A stretch of 63,147 nucleotides of DNA from an uncultured Clostridia bacterium (GTDB lineage: Bacteria; Bacillota; Clostridia; TANB77; CAG-508), in assembly GCA_944388775.1 (NCBI GenBank), contig CALXKC010000003.1, positions 1 through 63,147 on the forward strand, read 5' to 3'. Made by a program: the position numbers and the translations under genes. The notes beneath the pieces are model-generated. The model did not search any database. It had not been told where the DNA came from and saw nothing but the letters and a program-made list of their open reading frames with translations. Shown piece after piece: positions 1-10,712 of the stretch (positions are counted from its first letter, which is position 1; each line of letters begins with the position of its first letter).

Positions 1-3000
1 TGTACAAAAAAGTAGAATTGCCTAAAGAAGGTTTTGTAGGAATTGAAAGACAAGTAGCAGAAGGTTGGAAGAAAAAAGACATCATAAAAAAGAACTTTGC
101 TATGAATGAAGGAAAAAGATATTTTACATTTTATGATGGACCACCAACTGCAAATGGAAAGCCACATGTTGGACATATTGAAACAAGGGTAATCAAGGAT
201 ATTATCCCAAGATACAAAGTTATGAAAGGATATAAGGTTATTAGAAAAGCTGGATGGGATACACATGGATTACCAGTTGAGCTTGAAATTGAAAAGAAAT
301 TAGGAATTTCAGGTAAACAACAAATTGAAGAATATGGAGTAGAAAAGTTTGTTAAAGAATGTAAAGAAAGTGTTTTCAATTATGTTCATATGTGGGAAGA
401 AATGACAAATAAAGTTGGTTTCTGGGTTGATATGGAACATCCATATGTAACATATCACAATGAATATATTGAGTCTGTATGGTGGGCTTTAAAACAAATG
501 TGGGAAAAAGGTCTTTTATATGAAGGTCATAAAGTTATGCCATATTGTCCAAGATGTGGAACTGCTTTATCTTCACATGAAGTGGCTCAAGGATATAAAG
601 AAGTAAAAGATTTAACATGTATTGCTAAATTTAAAGTTCTTGATGGACAAAAATTTGATGATAATACATATATTTTAGCATGGACAACAACTCCATGGAC
701 ATTACCATCAAACTTAGCACTTTGTGTTAATAAATCTTATGAATATGCTGAAGTAAAAGCAAATATCGGAACAGATGATGAACCAGTATATGAAAATTAT
801 ATTCTAGCAAAAGATTTAATTGATACAGTATTAAAAGAAACACCATATGATGTTGTAAAGACATTTAAGGGTGAGGAATTATTAGGAACAAAATATGAAA
901 GACTTATGCCATTTGGAGAAGTTGAAGGAAAGGCATTTGAAGTTATACATGGAGACTATGTAACATTAACAGATGGTACAGGTATTGTTCATATTGCACC
1001 AGCATATGGTGAAGATGACAGTTTAGTTGCAAAACAAAATGGTATTGCATTTATAAACTTAGTAGACAAAGAAGGAAAATTTGTAAAAGAAGTTGAACCA
1101 TGGGCAGGAAGATTTGTTAGAGATTGTAATGAAGATATTTGTAAATGGCTAAAAGAAGAAAACAAATTATTTAGCAAAGAAAAACACATACACTCATATC
1201 CACATTGTTGGAGATGTGACACACCACTTTTATATTATCCAAAAGAAAGTTGGTTTGTTGCAATGAGTAAACTAAGAGATGAATTAGTTGCAAACAATAA
1301 CAAAGTAAATTGGTATCCAGATACTATCAGAACAGGAAGATTTGGAAAATTCTTAGAAAATGTTATAGATTGGGGAATTTCAAGAGATAGATATTGGGGA
1401 ACACCACTTCCAATTTGGACTTGTGAAGATGAAAACTGTGGACATAGAGAATGTATAGGTTCAATTGCTGAATTAAAAGAAAAAGCAATTAATTGTCCAG
1501 ATGATATAGAGCTTCACAAACCATATATAGATGGAGTAGAGTTGAAATGTCCAAAATGTGGTAAGAAAATGCATAGAGCAAAAGAGGTTATCGACTGTTG
1601 GTTTGATTCTGGTTCAATGCCTTTTGCACAATGGCATTATCCATTTGAAAATAAAGAAATGTTTGACAACAACTTCCCAGCACAATTTATTTCAGAAGCT
1701 GTTGACCAAACAAGAGGATGGTTCTATACTTTAACTGCAATTGGAACAGCACTATTTAATAGGTCACCATTTGAAAATTGTATAGTACTTGGTCACGTAT
1801 TAGATGAACATGGACAAAAAATGTCTAAATCTAAAGGTAATGGTGTAGACCCAATGCTTCTATTAGATACAGTAGGTGCAGATGCAACTAGATGGCATTT
1901 CTATACATGTAGCGCACCATGGCTTCCAACAAGACTTGGACTAAAAAATGTACAAGAAACACAAAGAGGATTTATAAGTACATTATGGAATGTATATTCT
2001 TTCTATGTTCTATATGCAGAAATAGATCAATTCAATCCATTAAAATACAGTGATTTTAAATTAACAAATGTAATGGATAAATGGATTATTTCTAAATTAA
2101 ATACATTTGTAAAAGAAGTAGCTGAAAAATTAGATAGTTATGATATAACAAATGCAGCACTATTAATTGAAAACTTTACAGATGAGCTTTCAAACTGGTA
2201 TGTACGTAGAAATAGAGAGAGATTTTGGAGTCAAGAATTAAATGATGAAAAAATCGGAGCATATGTTACATTATATAAAGTTCTTACAACATTAATAAAA
2301 GTAGCAGCACCATTTGTTCCATTCATAACAGATGAAATATATCAAAATCTAGTAGTTAATCTAGATAAAACAGCTCCAGAAAGTGTACATTTGTGCTTAT
2401 GGCCAGGAGTAGATGAAAAAGCAATTAATCCAGAACTTGAAAAAGAAATGGATTTAGCATATAAAATTGTAAAATTAGGTAGAAGTGCAAGAAATTCTGC
2501 TAATATTAAAAACAGACAACCACTTTCAAAAATGCTTATTTCAGTTGATACATTACCTAAATATTATGAAGACATAGTAAAAGAGGAACTAAATGTAAAA
2601 GAAATCGAATTAGGAGCTGAAATGGGAGAATATGTAGATTTTGAAATTAAGCCAAACTTACCAGTTCTAGGAAGAGAATATGGAAAACTAATTCCAAGAA
2701 TTAGAGAAGAAATATCAAAGAAAAACCAAATGGACTTAGCAAACACAGTAAAAAACGGCGGAGTAGAATACATCGAAATTGATGATACTCAAATAGGATT
2801 AAATTCAGAAAATCTACTTGTAACAATGCAAGGTAAAGAAGGATTTGCATTTAGTGGAGAAGGTGAAATTGGAGTTGTATTAGATACAAAAATTACACCA
2901 GAACTTGCAGAAGAAGGAATTTTGAGAGAAGTATTATCAAAAGTACAAAATATGAGAAAAGATAGTGGCTTTGAAGTATTAGATAGAATTAATTTATACG

Positions 3001-3167
3001 TAGCTGACAACGATAAGGTTGAAAAAGTTATAAAGAAATTTGAGAATACTATAAAACATGACACATTAGCAGATAATATTTTCTACAATGAAAAGGGCAT
3101 AGAATACAAAGAAATGAATATAAACGGAGAGACTCTGTTGGGGACGTGCCAAATCGTTTCAAAATGA
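1..3167 (+). CDS. ileS: Isoleucyl-tRNA synthetase, type 2; the A of the start codon lies just outside the window
   Basis: [14 protein letters not shown] (HIGH-like), [22 protein letters not shown] and KMSKS motifs. The frame reads (A)TG TAC AAA AAA GTA from the window edge. The last codons overlap a GGGAC repeat. Confidence 0.97.
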   Translation, partial: YKKVELPKEGFVGIERQVAEGWKKKDIIKKNFAMNEGKRYFTFYDGPPTANGKPHVGHIETRVIKDIIPRYKVMKGYKVIRKAGWDTHGLPVELEIEKKLGISGKQQIEEYGVEKFVKECKESVFNYVHMWEEMTNKVGFWVDMEHPYVTYHNEYIESVWWALKQMWEKGLLYEGHKVMPYCPRCGTALSSHEVAQGYKEVKDLTCIAKFKVLDGQKFDDNTYILAWTTTPWTLPSNLALCVNKSYEYAEVKANIGTDDEPVYENYILAKDLIDTVLKETPYDVVKTFKGEELLGTKYERLMPFGEVEGKAFEVIHGDYVTLTDGTGIVHIAPAYGEDDSLVAKQNGIAFINLVDKEGKFVKEVEPWAGRFVRDCNEDICKWLKEENKLFSKEKHIHSYPHCWRCDTPLLYYPKESWFVAMSKLRDELVANNNKVNWYPDTIRTGRFGKFLENVIDWGISRDRYWGTPLPIWTCEDENCGHRECIGSIAELKEKAINCPDDIELHKPYIDGVELKCPKCGKKMHRAKEVIDCWFDSGSMPFAQWHYPFENKEMFDNNFPAQFISEAVDQTRGWFYTLTAIGTALFNRSPFENCIVLGHVLDEHGQKMSKSKGNGVDPMLLLDTVGADATRWHFYTCSAPWLPTRLGLKNVQETQRGFISTLWNVYSFYVLYAEIDQFNPLKYSDFKLTNVMDKWIISKLNTFVKEVAEKLDSYDITNAALLIENFTDELSNWYVRRNRERFWSQELNDEKIGAYVTLYKVLTTLIKVAAPFVPFITDEIYQNLVVNLDKTAPESVHLCLWPGVDEKAINPELEKEMDLAYKIVKLGRSARNSANIKNRQPLSKMLISVDTLPKYYEDIVKEELNVKEIELGAEMGEYVDFEIKPNLPVLGREYGKLIPRIREEISKKNQMDLANTVKNGGVEYIEIDDTQIGLNSENLLVTMQGKEGFAFSGEGEIGVVLDTKITPELAEEGILREVLSKVQNMRKDSGFEVLDRINLYVADNDKVEKVIKKFENTIKHDTLADNIFYNEKGIEYKEMNINGETLLGTCQIVSK

Positions 3168-3185
3168 AACAAAAGGGACAGACCT
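3138..3185. repeat. REP-like GGGAC element, GTTTCA subfamily, left flank of RAYT
   Basis: GGGACGTGCCAAATC-GTTTCA-AAA-TGAAAC-AAAA-GGGACAGACC; the two GGGAC are 34 nt apart. Confidence 0.85.
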
Positions 3186-3188
3186 ATA

Positions 3189-3230
3189 AAAAAGTGATAT
3201 CAACAATATAACGTGTTGATATCACTTTTT
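3189..3230 (+). terminator. Intrinsic terminator after ileS
   Basis: AAAAAGTGATATCAACA / TGTTGATATCACTTTTT perfect stem with T tract. Confidence 0.85.
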
Positions 3231-3420
3231 GCACTTCTTAAGAGTTTTGACTTTCTAACTCTTTTTAGAGGTGGTCACGGAGAACTTTGTAGTATTGCAA
3301 GTTAGATTTAGCGTTATTAATATCCTCATAACAATCATCTAAGTTTTTAAGAGTCTTGTTTAGAGAAGTCTTTGAAAAAACGTGCTCGTTAGCCTGTTTA
3401 CTATAAATGTGATAAATTAA

Positions 3421-3449
3421 TTGACAAATGGAAAAAAATGTAATAAAAT
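3421..3449 (+). promoter_or_regulatory. Sigma-A promoter of the RAYT gene
   Basis: TTGACA-17nt-TAAAAT. Confidence 0.65.
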
Positions 3450-3516
3450 GTTTGGAAATTATAATTATATTAAAAATATCAATATTTATAAATTTTATAT
3501 CAAAGGAGATTTATTT

Positions 3517-4275
3517 ATGTCTAGAATAGCAAGAAATCAGTTCGAAACAGCTTTTTTTCATAACATGACACAGGGAATTAATAAAGAATATATCTTTGAA
3601 GAAAATAGGTGTAAGAAAAAATATTTAGAATTAATAGAAGAAAAATCAAATCAATGTGATATAAGGTTGATTTCTTATACCATTATGGATAATCATTCGC
3701 ATATATTGTTATATACAGAAAATATAGAAAATATGAGTTCATTTATGAAAAAAATTAATGAAGAATTTGCAATGTATTATAACTATATAAATAATAGAGT
3801 GGGGATTGTCTTTAGGAATAGATATAGAACACAGCCTATTTTAAGCCAAAAGCAATTATTTAATTGTATAAAATATATTTATAATAATCCAGTAAGGGCA
3901 AATATGGTTTTAAATCCAGAAGAATATATTTATTCTAATTTTAAAGATTTTCAAGTAGAGCTTAAATCAAATAATTTTTTAGATATAGTATATAAAAAAA
4001 TTAATTGTCAGTTTAGTTTTCCAAAAAGTAAAGATAAAGAATTAGTAGGGCAAGAAGAATTTTTAGATACAACTGAAGATAAAGAAATATTTGTTAGAGA
4101 TTTTATTAGGGAGTATGAAAAAGAGCATAATTTTATGTTTGGAAAAAATATAGAGGAAATGAAAAAACTCGTAAAATATTTAAAAGAAAATATGAATGTA
4201 TCAAATAAGCTATTGTCAGAACTATTACATATATCTAAATCGACAATAACACGCTATTATAGAAGTTCTAAATAA
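3517..4275 (+). mobile_element. REP-associated tyrosine transposase (RAYT/TnpA-REP, HUH Y1 family) with C-terminal HTH
   Basis: MSRIAR start, FHNMTQG, IMDNHSH (HUH), FRNRY, catalytic Tyr region KYIYNNPVRANMV..Y.YS, HTH-like C-terminus. RBS AAGGAG precedes ATG 3517. Flanked by hairpin repeats. Confidence 0.88.
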
Positions 4276-4428
4276 AATTTAAAGGTCCGAAGATGTTATA
4301 TTAAGTTATAAAAATTTTATTTGATTTTGAAAAATGTAACCTTGTTTAATATTATTTCTTAATTTTTTGTATTAGGTATTGTAAAATAGTTTATTAAATA
4401 TTATAATTCTTTTGAAAAAATAAGTATG

Positions 4429-4510
4429 GGTGTGTCCCTTTTGTTTCATTTTGAGTCAGTTAGGGACGTGCCAAATTGTTTCATTTTGAAACGATTTGGC
4501 ACGTCCCCAA
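4429..4510. repeat. REP-like GGGAC elements, right flank of RAYT
   Basis: GGTGTGTCCCTTTTGTTTCA half copy followed by a 21-bp-stem palindrome GGGACGTGCCAAATTGTTTCA-TTT-TGAAACGATTTGGCACGTCCC (4463-4507). Confidence 0.88.
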
Positions 4511-4539
4511 TGGTGGCACGCCAAAAAGGAGGATAAAAG

Positions 4540-5427
4540 ATGGGATTAAAACTTGAAAATGTTTCTAAGAAGTTTGTAGGAAAACAAGCAGTAGATAACA
4601 TCTCATTTGAAGTGGACAAACCTAGTGTGTTTGGGCTACTTGGTACAAATGGAGCTGGAAAAACTACTACAATTAGAATGCTTCTTGGAATTATTAAAAA
4701 AGATACAGGTGAAATAACTTGGAACGGTAAAAAGGTTGAAAGGAAAAGTGTTAATTTTGGATATTTACCAGAAGAAAGAGGTGTATATCCAAAAACAAAG
4801 ATATATGACCAATTAATGTATTTTGCAAAATTAAAAGGTATGAACCCAAAAGATGCAGATGAAGCAATAAAAAAATGGGCAAAGGTTTTAAAAGTGGAAG
4901 AATATATACAGATGACAGCAGAAAAATTGTCAAAAGGAAATCAACAAAAAATACAATTTATGACTGCAATCATACATGATCCTGAATTAATTGTACTTGA
5001 TGAACCTTTTAGTGGATTAGATCCAGTTAATACTGAAATATTAAAAAATATTATAATAGATTTAGTTAAAGAAGGAAAATATATTATAATGTCAAGTCAC
5101 CAGATGTCATCAATTGAAGAGTTTTGTACAGATATTTTAATATTGAATAAAGGTAAAACTGTTTTGAAAGGTAATTTGAAAGAAATTAAAGAGGGGTATA
5201 AGGCTAATAGATTAGAGATTTCAACAGATTCAAATATTGATGAGTATATTAAGGATTTTAATATGGATATTGAGTTTTCTAAGAATAATGAGTATTCTAT
5301 TAAGATTGATTCTGAAGAAAATGCTCATCAATTATTAAAAAAATTGGTTGATGACCATGTTGTTGTTAATAAGTTTGAGATTAAGAAGCCAACTTTGAAT
5401 GATATTTTTATAGAGAAGGTAGGCTAA
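4540..5427 (+). CDS. ABC-2 type transporter ATP-binding protein (NatA/YhaQ-like)
   Basis: GTNGAGKT Walker A, LSKGNQQK signature, LDEPFSGLD. Confidence 0.92.
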   Translation: MGLKLENVSKKFVGKQAVDNISFEVDKPSVFGLLGTNGAGKTTTIRMLLGIIKKDTGEITWNGKKVERKSVNFGYLPEERGVYPKTKIYDQLMYFAKLKGMNPKDADEAIKKWAKVLKVEEYIQMTAEKLSKGNQQKIQFMTAIIHDPELIVLDEPFSGLDPVNTEILKNIIIDLVKEGKYIIMSSHQMSSIEEFCTDILILNKGKTVLKGNLKEIKEGYKANRLEISTDSNIDEYIKDFNMDIEFSKNNEYSIKIDSEENAHQLLKKLVDDHVVVNKFEIKKPTLNDIFIEKVG

Positions 5428-5528
5428 TTTTAGAGCTAATTAACATCTTGCGTCGTTAAACTTTGTTTGCCTAGCAATATATTAATTATCTTTAAAATTA
5501 CGAGATTTGATGAAAGGAATGTAAGAAA

Positions 5529-6773
5529 ATGAGAGATTTAAGAACAGTAATCGCTTTTACAATTAAGGATATGGCGAAAAGAAAGTCCTTTATTATTTCA
5601 ACTTTAATTATTTTAATATTAATAGTAATAGGATTTAATATTCCAAATATAATAAGTGCATTTACAGAAGATGGAGAAAATTTAGGAGAAGAAAAAATAC
5701 TAATAGTTGATAGTACAAATTTATTTGAAGGAACTTTGCAGAATTTAAATCAAATGGATTTAGGATACACATTTCAAATTGCAAATAATGATGTTTCTTT
5801 TGAGGATATAAAAACTAGAATAGAAGATAAAGATATTAATGAAGCAATTATTATAGAACAAAAAGATGATGGTAGTTACAAATTAAGATATATAGTAGAA
5901 AATATGACACAAGTTGCATCTGTTCCAGAAGATTTAATTAATGCAATAAATGCAGTTTATACAAATTTAAAAATTTCAAAATTAGGTTTAACACAAGAAC
6001 AAATAGCAAGTTTGACTCCTAATTTTGAATTTACGATAGAACAAACAGAAGAGCAAGAAGTAAGTGGAAACTTAGGTGTAATAATGTTATTATCAATTGT
6101 ATTATTCTATGCAATATACTTCTGTGCTTATCAAGTATCAAGTTCAATTACAACAGAAAAAACTTCAAAAATAATGGAAACATTAGTAACATCTACTTCA
6201 CCTAGAACAATAGTATTAGGAAAAACAATTGGAATTGGAATTGTTGGATTATTACAAATATGTGTTGTAGTTGCAACAGCCTTGATATCTGCTAAAACAT
6301 TCTTAGAACCAGAATTGTTGGATGCAGTTTTAGATATGTCTAAATTTACACCATATCTTGCAGTCATTACAATTGTATATTTTATCTTAGGATATTTTGC
6401 ATATGCTTTACTATATGCTCTAACTGGTTCAACAGTAAGCAAACCAGAAGATATACAATCTGCCAATACACCTGTTGCAATACTTGCGGTAATTGGCTTT
6501 TACTTATCATATTTTACAATGATGAATCCAACAAGTGAATTAAATAAATTTGCTGCAATATTTCCAATTTCATCACCATTTTGTATGCCATTTAGAATTA
6601 TGATGGGAATTGCATCAACTTCAGAAATTGTATTGTCAATTATAGTATTGATTATTACAATTTTGGTTATTGCAAAAGTTGCAATTAAGATTTATTCAAA
6701 TGCTATATTAAATTATGGAACTAAAATGACGTTTAAAGATATTGTGAAAGTTTATAGAGATAAAAATAACTAA
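5529..6773 (+). CDS. ABC-2 type transporter permease (NatB/YhaP-like)
   Basis: N-terminal TM helix, extracellular loop, EKTSKIMETL motif, several C-terminal TM helices; follows the ATPase. Confidence 0.88.
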   Translation: MRDLRTVIAFTIKDMAKRKSFIISTLIILILIVIGFNIPNIISAFTEDGENLGEEKILIVDSTNLFEGTLQNLNQMDLGYTFQIANNDVSFEDIKTRIEDKDINEAIIIEQKDDGSYKLRYIVENMTQVASVPEDLINAINAVYTNLKISKLGLTQEQIASLTPNFEFTIEQTEEQEVSGNLGVIMLLSIVLFYAIYFCAYQVSSSITTEKTSKIMETLVTSTSPRTIVLGKTIGIGIVGLLQICVVVATALISAKTFLEPELLDAVLDMSKFTPYLAVITIVYFILGYFAYALLYALTGSTVSKPEDIQSANTPVAILAVIGFYLSYFTMMNPTSELNKFAAIFPISSPFCMPFRIMMGIASTSEIVLSIIVLIITILVIAKVAIKIYSNAILNYGTKMTFKDIVKVYRDKNN

Positions 6774-6822
6774 AGCTGTAATTTTTTTAAAATCAATTAC
6801 TGGCGTGACATTTTGTAAGAAC

Positions 6823-6859
6823 AAGAACCAATAAATATTTGTGGTTCTTTTCTTTTTTT
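6823..6859 (+). terminator. Intrinsic terminator
   Basis: AAGAACCA / TGGTTCTT stem followed by T-rich tract. Confidence 0.65.
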
Positions 6860-6870
6860 CTCAAAAGACC

Positions 6871-6899
6871 TTGACAGTTTACGATAATAAAGATAAAAT
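6871..6899 (+). promoter_or_regulatory. Sigma-A promoter of rny
   Basis: TTGACA-17nt-TAAAAT. Confidence 0.65.
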
Positions 6900-6987
6900 A
6901 TAATAGGTAGGAAAAAATATATGAAAAGATAATTAATATATATTTTATTCGAACATTGAAAATTAAATAAGAAAGAGGTGTATAATT

Positions 6988-8529
6988 ATGACAATCGTAA
7001 TTATTATCGTCTCTGTCGTAATCTCATTTGCAATTGGAGTGCCAGTAGGAATGGCATATAGAAAAAAAGTTGCAGAATCTAAAATTCAAGGTGCAGAAAA
7101 TGAAGCAAAAAGATTAGTTGATTTAGCTAAAATAGAAGCAGAAAATTTGAAAAAAGAAGAAATTTTTAAAGCTAAAGAAGAAATTATGAATAGCAGAAAA
7201 GAGTTAGATCAAGAGATTAAAGAAAGAAGAGGCGAAGTACAAAAACAAGAGTCAAGATTAATTCAAAAAGAAGAAAACTTAGAAAGACGTTCAGAAAATT
7301 TTGAGAAAAAAGAAAGAGAGATTGAAAGAGAATTACAAGACATTGAAAATCAAAAAGAAGAAATCAAAAAACTTCATGACCAGGAAGTAATTGAACTTCA
7401 AAAAATAGCATCTCTAACAAGAGAAGAAGCTAAAAAGAAGCTATTATCTGAAATGGATAAACAATTAACTGCTGAAAAAGCAGCTTTGATTAGAGAAAAA
7501 GAGCAACAAGCAAAAGAAACAGCAATCAAGCAAGCTAAAGAAATTTTGTGTTATTCAATTCAAAAATGTGCAGCAGACCATTCTCAAGAAACAACAGTGT
7601 CAATAGTTTCATTACCTAATGATGATATGAAAGGAAGAATCATTGGTAGAGAAGGAAGAAATATAAAAGCTCTAGAAACATTAACAGGAATCGATTTAAT
7701 AATTGATGATACACCTGAAGCTGTAGTATTATCTGGATTTGATCCATTAAGAAGAGAAGTTGCTAAAATTGCTTTGGAAAAATTAATTGATGATGGAAGA
7801 ATTCATCCAGCAAAAATTGAAGAAATGGTAGAAAAGGCCAAAGAAGAAGTAGAAAATACTATAAAAGAAGAAGGAGAAAGAGCAGTTTTAGAAACTGGAG
7901 TAATTGGACTTCATCCAGACATTGTTAAATTATTAGGAAAACTAAAATATAGGACAAGTTATGGACAAAATGTTTTAAATCACTCAATTGAAGTTTCTAA
8001 CTTAGCAAGAATTATGGCTGATGAATTAGGTTTAGATCCTAAACTTGCAAGACGTGCTGGATTATTACATGATATTGGTAAAGCTTTAGACCATGATATG
8101 GAAGGAACTCATGTTGAAATTGGTGTAGAAGTTTTAAAGAAATATAAAGAAAATCCACTTGTAATAAATGCTGTTGAGGCACATCATGGAGATGTAGAAC
8201 CTCAAACATTAGAAGCAGTTTTAGTACAAGCAGCAGATGCAATATCAGCTTCAAGACCAGGTGCAAGAAGAGAAACTTTGGAGGCTTATATTAAAAGATT
8301 ACAAAATCTTGAAGAAATTGCAGATTCTTTTGATGGAGTTGAAAAATCTTTTGCAGTTCAAGCTGGTCGTGAAATAAGAATTCTTGTAAAGCCAGATAAG
8401 ATATCTGATGACCAAATGACAATACTTGCAAGAGATATTGCAAAGAGAATTGAGGATGAAATGGATTATCCAGGTCAAATAAAAGTTAATGTGATTCGTG
8501 AAACTAGAGTTGCAGATTATGCAAAATAG
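6988..8529 (+). CDS. rny: Ribonuclease Y
   Basis: N-terminal TM, coiled coil, KH domain ([12 protein letters not shown]), HD domain (LLHDIGK). Confidence 0.97.
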   Translation: MTIVIIIVSVVISFAIGVPVGMAYRKKVAESKIQGAENEAKRLVDLAKIEAENLKKEEIFKAKEEIMNSRKELDQEIKERRGEVQKQESRLIQKEENLERRSENFEKKEREIERELQDIENQKEEIKKLHDQEVIELQKIASLTREEAKKKLLSEMDKQLTAEKAALIREKEQQAKETAIKQAKEILCYSIQKCAADHSQETTVSIVSLPNDDMKGRIIGREGRNIKALETLTGIDLIIDDTPEAVVLSGFDPLRREVAKIALEKLIDDGRIHPAKIEEMVEKAKEEVENTIKEEGERAVLETGVIGLHPDIVKLLGKLKYRTSYGQNVLNHSIEVSNLARIMADELGLDPKLARRAGLLHDIGKALDHDMEGTHVEIGVEVLKKYKENPLVINAVEAHHGDVEPQTLEAVLVQAADAISASRPGARRETLEAYIKRLQNLEEIADSFDGVEKSFAVQAGREIRILVKPDKISDDQMTILARDIAKRIEDEMDYPGQIKVNVIRETRVADYAK

Positions 8530-8676
8530 AAAGTTGTAGTGTAAAAGCTACAGCTTTTTTGTTTTTCTTCAAAATATTGAAATTATGTTAAGTGCATTGA
8601 AAAAGTATTAAAAAAGTGGTAAAATATATATAGTTCATAGATATGACAAGTATAATAATTGATAGGGAGGCAACTT

Positions 8677-8991
8677 ATGTATTTTGACAGACAAAAAGTA
8701 ATTGTGGATACAAATAATGTTGGAAAAACTTATATTATTGATATTGAATCTGGCTTTAAAGCCGAATTCAATATGGTTCATGATGTAATACATTGTTGGC
8801 CAGATGCTATAGAAGAGTCTGATATAGAGAAAGCAAAAGAGGATAGAATAGATATTTCAAGGATATCTTATAATTATAAAAATTTTACTTGCAAAGAAGT
8901 AAAGGATATATGTGAAAAAATTGAATCTTTTTTGAAATATATACAATATCCTTCTAAAAAAGTGAAAAAAGTACTTTTTCATTTTGTTTGA
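8677..8991 (+). CDS. Hypothetical protein
   Basis: RBS GGGAGG before ATG 8677; own terminator-like hairpin at 9024-9051; no recognisable motif. Confidence 0.6.
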   Translation: MYFDRQKVIVDTNNVGKTYIIDIESGFKAEFNMVHDVIHCWPDAIEESDIEKAKEDRIDISRISYNYKNFTCKEVKDICEKIESFLKYIQYPSKKVKKVLFHFV

Positions 8992-9239
8992 TAATTTAAA
9001 TTAACCCTATCTATGAACGAAACAAGTCAGTTTTGAATTCAAGACTGGCTTTTTAAAATATATTAATCCTATTAGTTTACATAGCAAGAAATGTCTTTAT
9101 GCAAGGAATTTGTTATTTATTTTTTGCTTGCATAAAAGAAAATGTTATAGTATTATAAAATAGAAAAATAAAATGATATGTTAAGAGAAGTTAAGATGCT
9201 TAAAAAATAATTACAATTTAGAAAGGAATGATAATAAAA

Positions 9240-10010
9240 ATGAAAATTTTAGCAGTAGGTGATTTAATAGGAAATGCAGGAATTCAAAAATTAAAAAAAG
9301 AAATAACTAAAATAAGACAAACAGAAAATATAGATTTTGTAATTGTAAATGGAGAAAATTCAGCCGAAGGAATGGGTATAACTCAAAAAAATTTTGATGA
9401 TATATTATCATGCAACGTAGATTGCATAACAATGGGAAATCATACTTGGGGCAAAAAAGATATCTTCAAATTTATAGACCATCCAAAATTAATTAGGCCA
9501 GCTAATTATCCAAAAGGAGTAGTCGGAAAAGGATATGGGATTTATAATTGTAAAAATAAGAAAATAGCAGTAATTAATTTAATAGGAAGAGTTGATATAA
9601 ATGTCCTTTCAGAAAATCCATTTATCATAGCAAGAGATATTATAAATAAAATAGAGAAAGATGTTGATATGATATTTGTGGACTTTCATGCAGAAGCAAC
9701 TGCAGAGAAAATCGCTATGGGATATTTCTTAGATGGTAAAGCAACAGCAGTTTTTGGTACACATACACATGTACAAACAGCAGATGAAAAAATATTGCCA
9801 AACAAAACAGGATACATTACTGATATTGGAATGACAGGTCCTAAAAATTCAGTGATTGGAATGGAGATTCAAGTTTCTATAAAAAGATTTGAAACTACAT
9901 TACCAGAAAGATATAAAATTGCAACAGGGGATACAATGCTAAATGGAGTCATATTTGATGTTGATGATAATACAAACAAAGTAAAAGATATAAAAAGAAT
10001 AAATATTTAA
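9240..10010 (+). CDS. ymdB: YmdB-family metallophosphoesterase
   Basis: GD, NGENSA, TMGNHTW, DFHAEAT, GTHTHVQT motifs; rny-ymdB-spoVS synteny. Confidence 0.94.
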   Translation: MKILAVGDLIGNAGIQKLKKEITKIRQTENIDFVIVNGENSAEGMGITQKNFDDILSCNVDCITMGNHTWGKKDIFKFIDHPKLIRPANYPKGVVGKGYGIYNCKNKKIAVINLIGRVDINVLSENPFIIARDIINKIEKDVDMIFVDFHAEATAEKIAMGYFLDGKATAVFGTHTHVQTADEKILPNKTGYITDIGMTGPKNSVIGMEIQVSIKRFETTLPERYKIATGDTMLNGVIFDVDDNTNKVKDIKRINI

Positions 10011-10211
10011 AATACATTTTGAAATTTTTGGCACAAAATAAAATATTAAAACTTAATATAAAATCTAATATGAATAATTGTCGAATAGTTATAAATTATG
10101 CGATGAGTTTTGTAAAAAATTTCCAAAAAAGACTTTACAAATATTTCCAGATAATATAAAATAAAACCATAAAAGTTGCAACAAAAAATAAATTAATAGG
10201 AGGAAAAGAGA

Positions 10212-10475
10212 ATGGAAATTTTGAAAATCTCATCAAAATCAAATCCTAATTCAGTAGCAGGAGCAATTGCTGGATTAGTGAAAGAATCAAACAAAGCAGA
10301 AATGCAAGCAATTGGAGCAGGAGCGCTAAATCAGGCGGTAAAAGCTGTTGCCATAGCAAGAGGATTTGTTGCACCATCAGGAGTTGATTTAGTATGTATA
10401 CCAGCATTTGCTGAAGTAGAGGTTGAAGGGGAAGATAGAACTGGTATAAAATTGATAGTGGAGTCAAGAACTTAA
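10212..10475 (+). CDS. spoVS: Stage V sporulation protein S
   Basis: SSKSNPNSVAGAIAG...QAIGAGALNQAVKAVAIARGF. Confidence 0.97.
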   Translation: MEILKISSKSNPNSVAGAIAGLVKESNKAEMQAIGAGALNQAVKAVAIARGFVAPSGVDLVCIPAFAEVEVEGEDRTGIKLIVESRT

Positions 10476-10712
10476 TTTACAATAAGTGATAAACATATAT
10501 GAAAAATGTCGAAAAATGCGATGAGTTTTTATAGAAAAAAGATAAAAACCATTGCTTTTTTTGACATTTTCTGGTAATATGTAAACAGTAATGATTGCAT
10601 TTCAAAAAATATATTTAAAATCTTGAAATTTTATCAAATTTAATGTATGATAGGCTAAGAATAAAGAATTATAAAAATAGAATATACAACTTATGAAAGG
10701 AATTTGATAAAT

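Noticed and set aside
1-17. T-box leader for ileS
   Set aside because: The window begins inside the start codon, so any leader is outside it.
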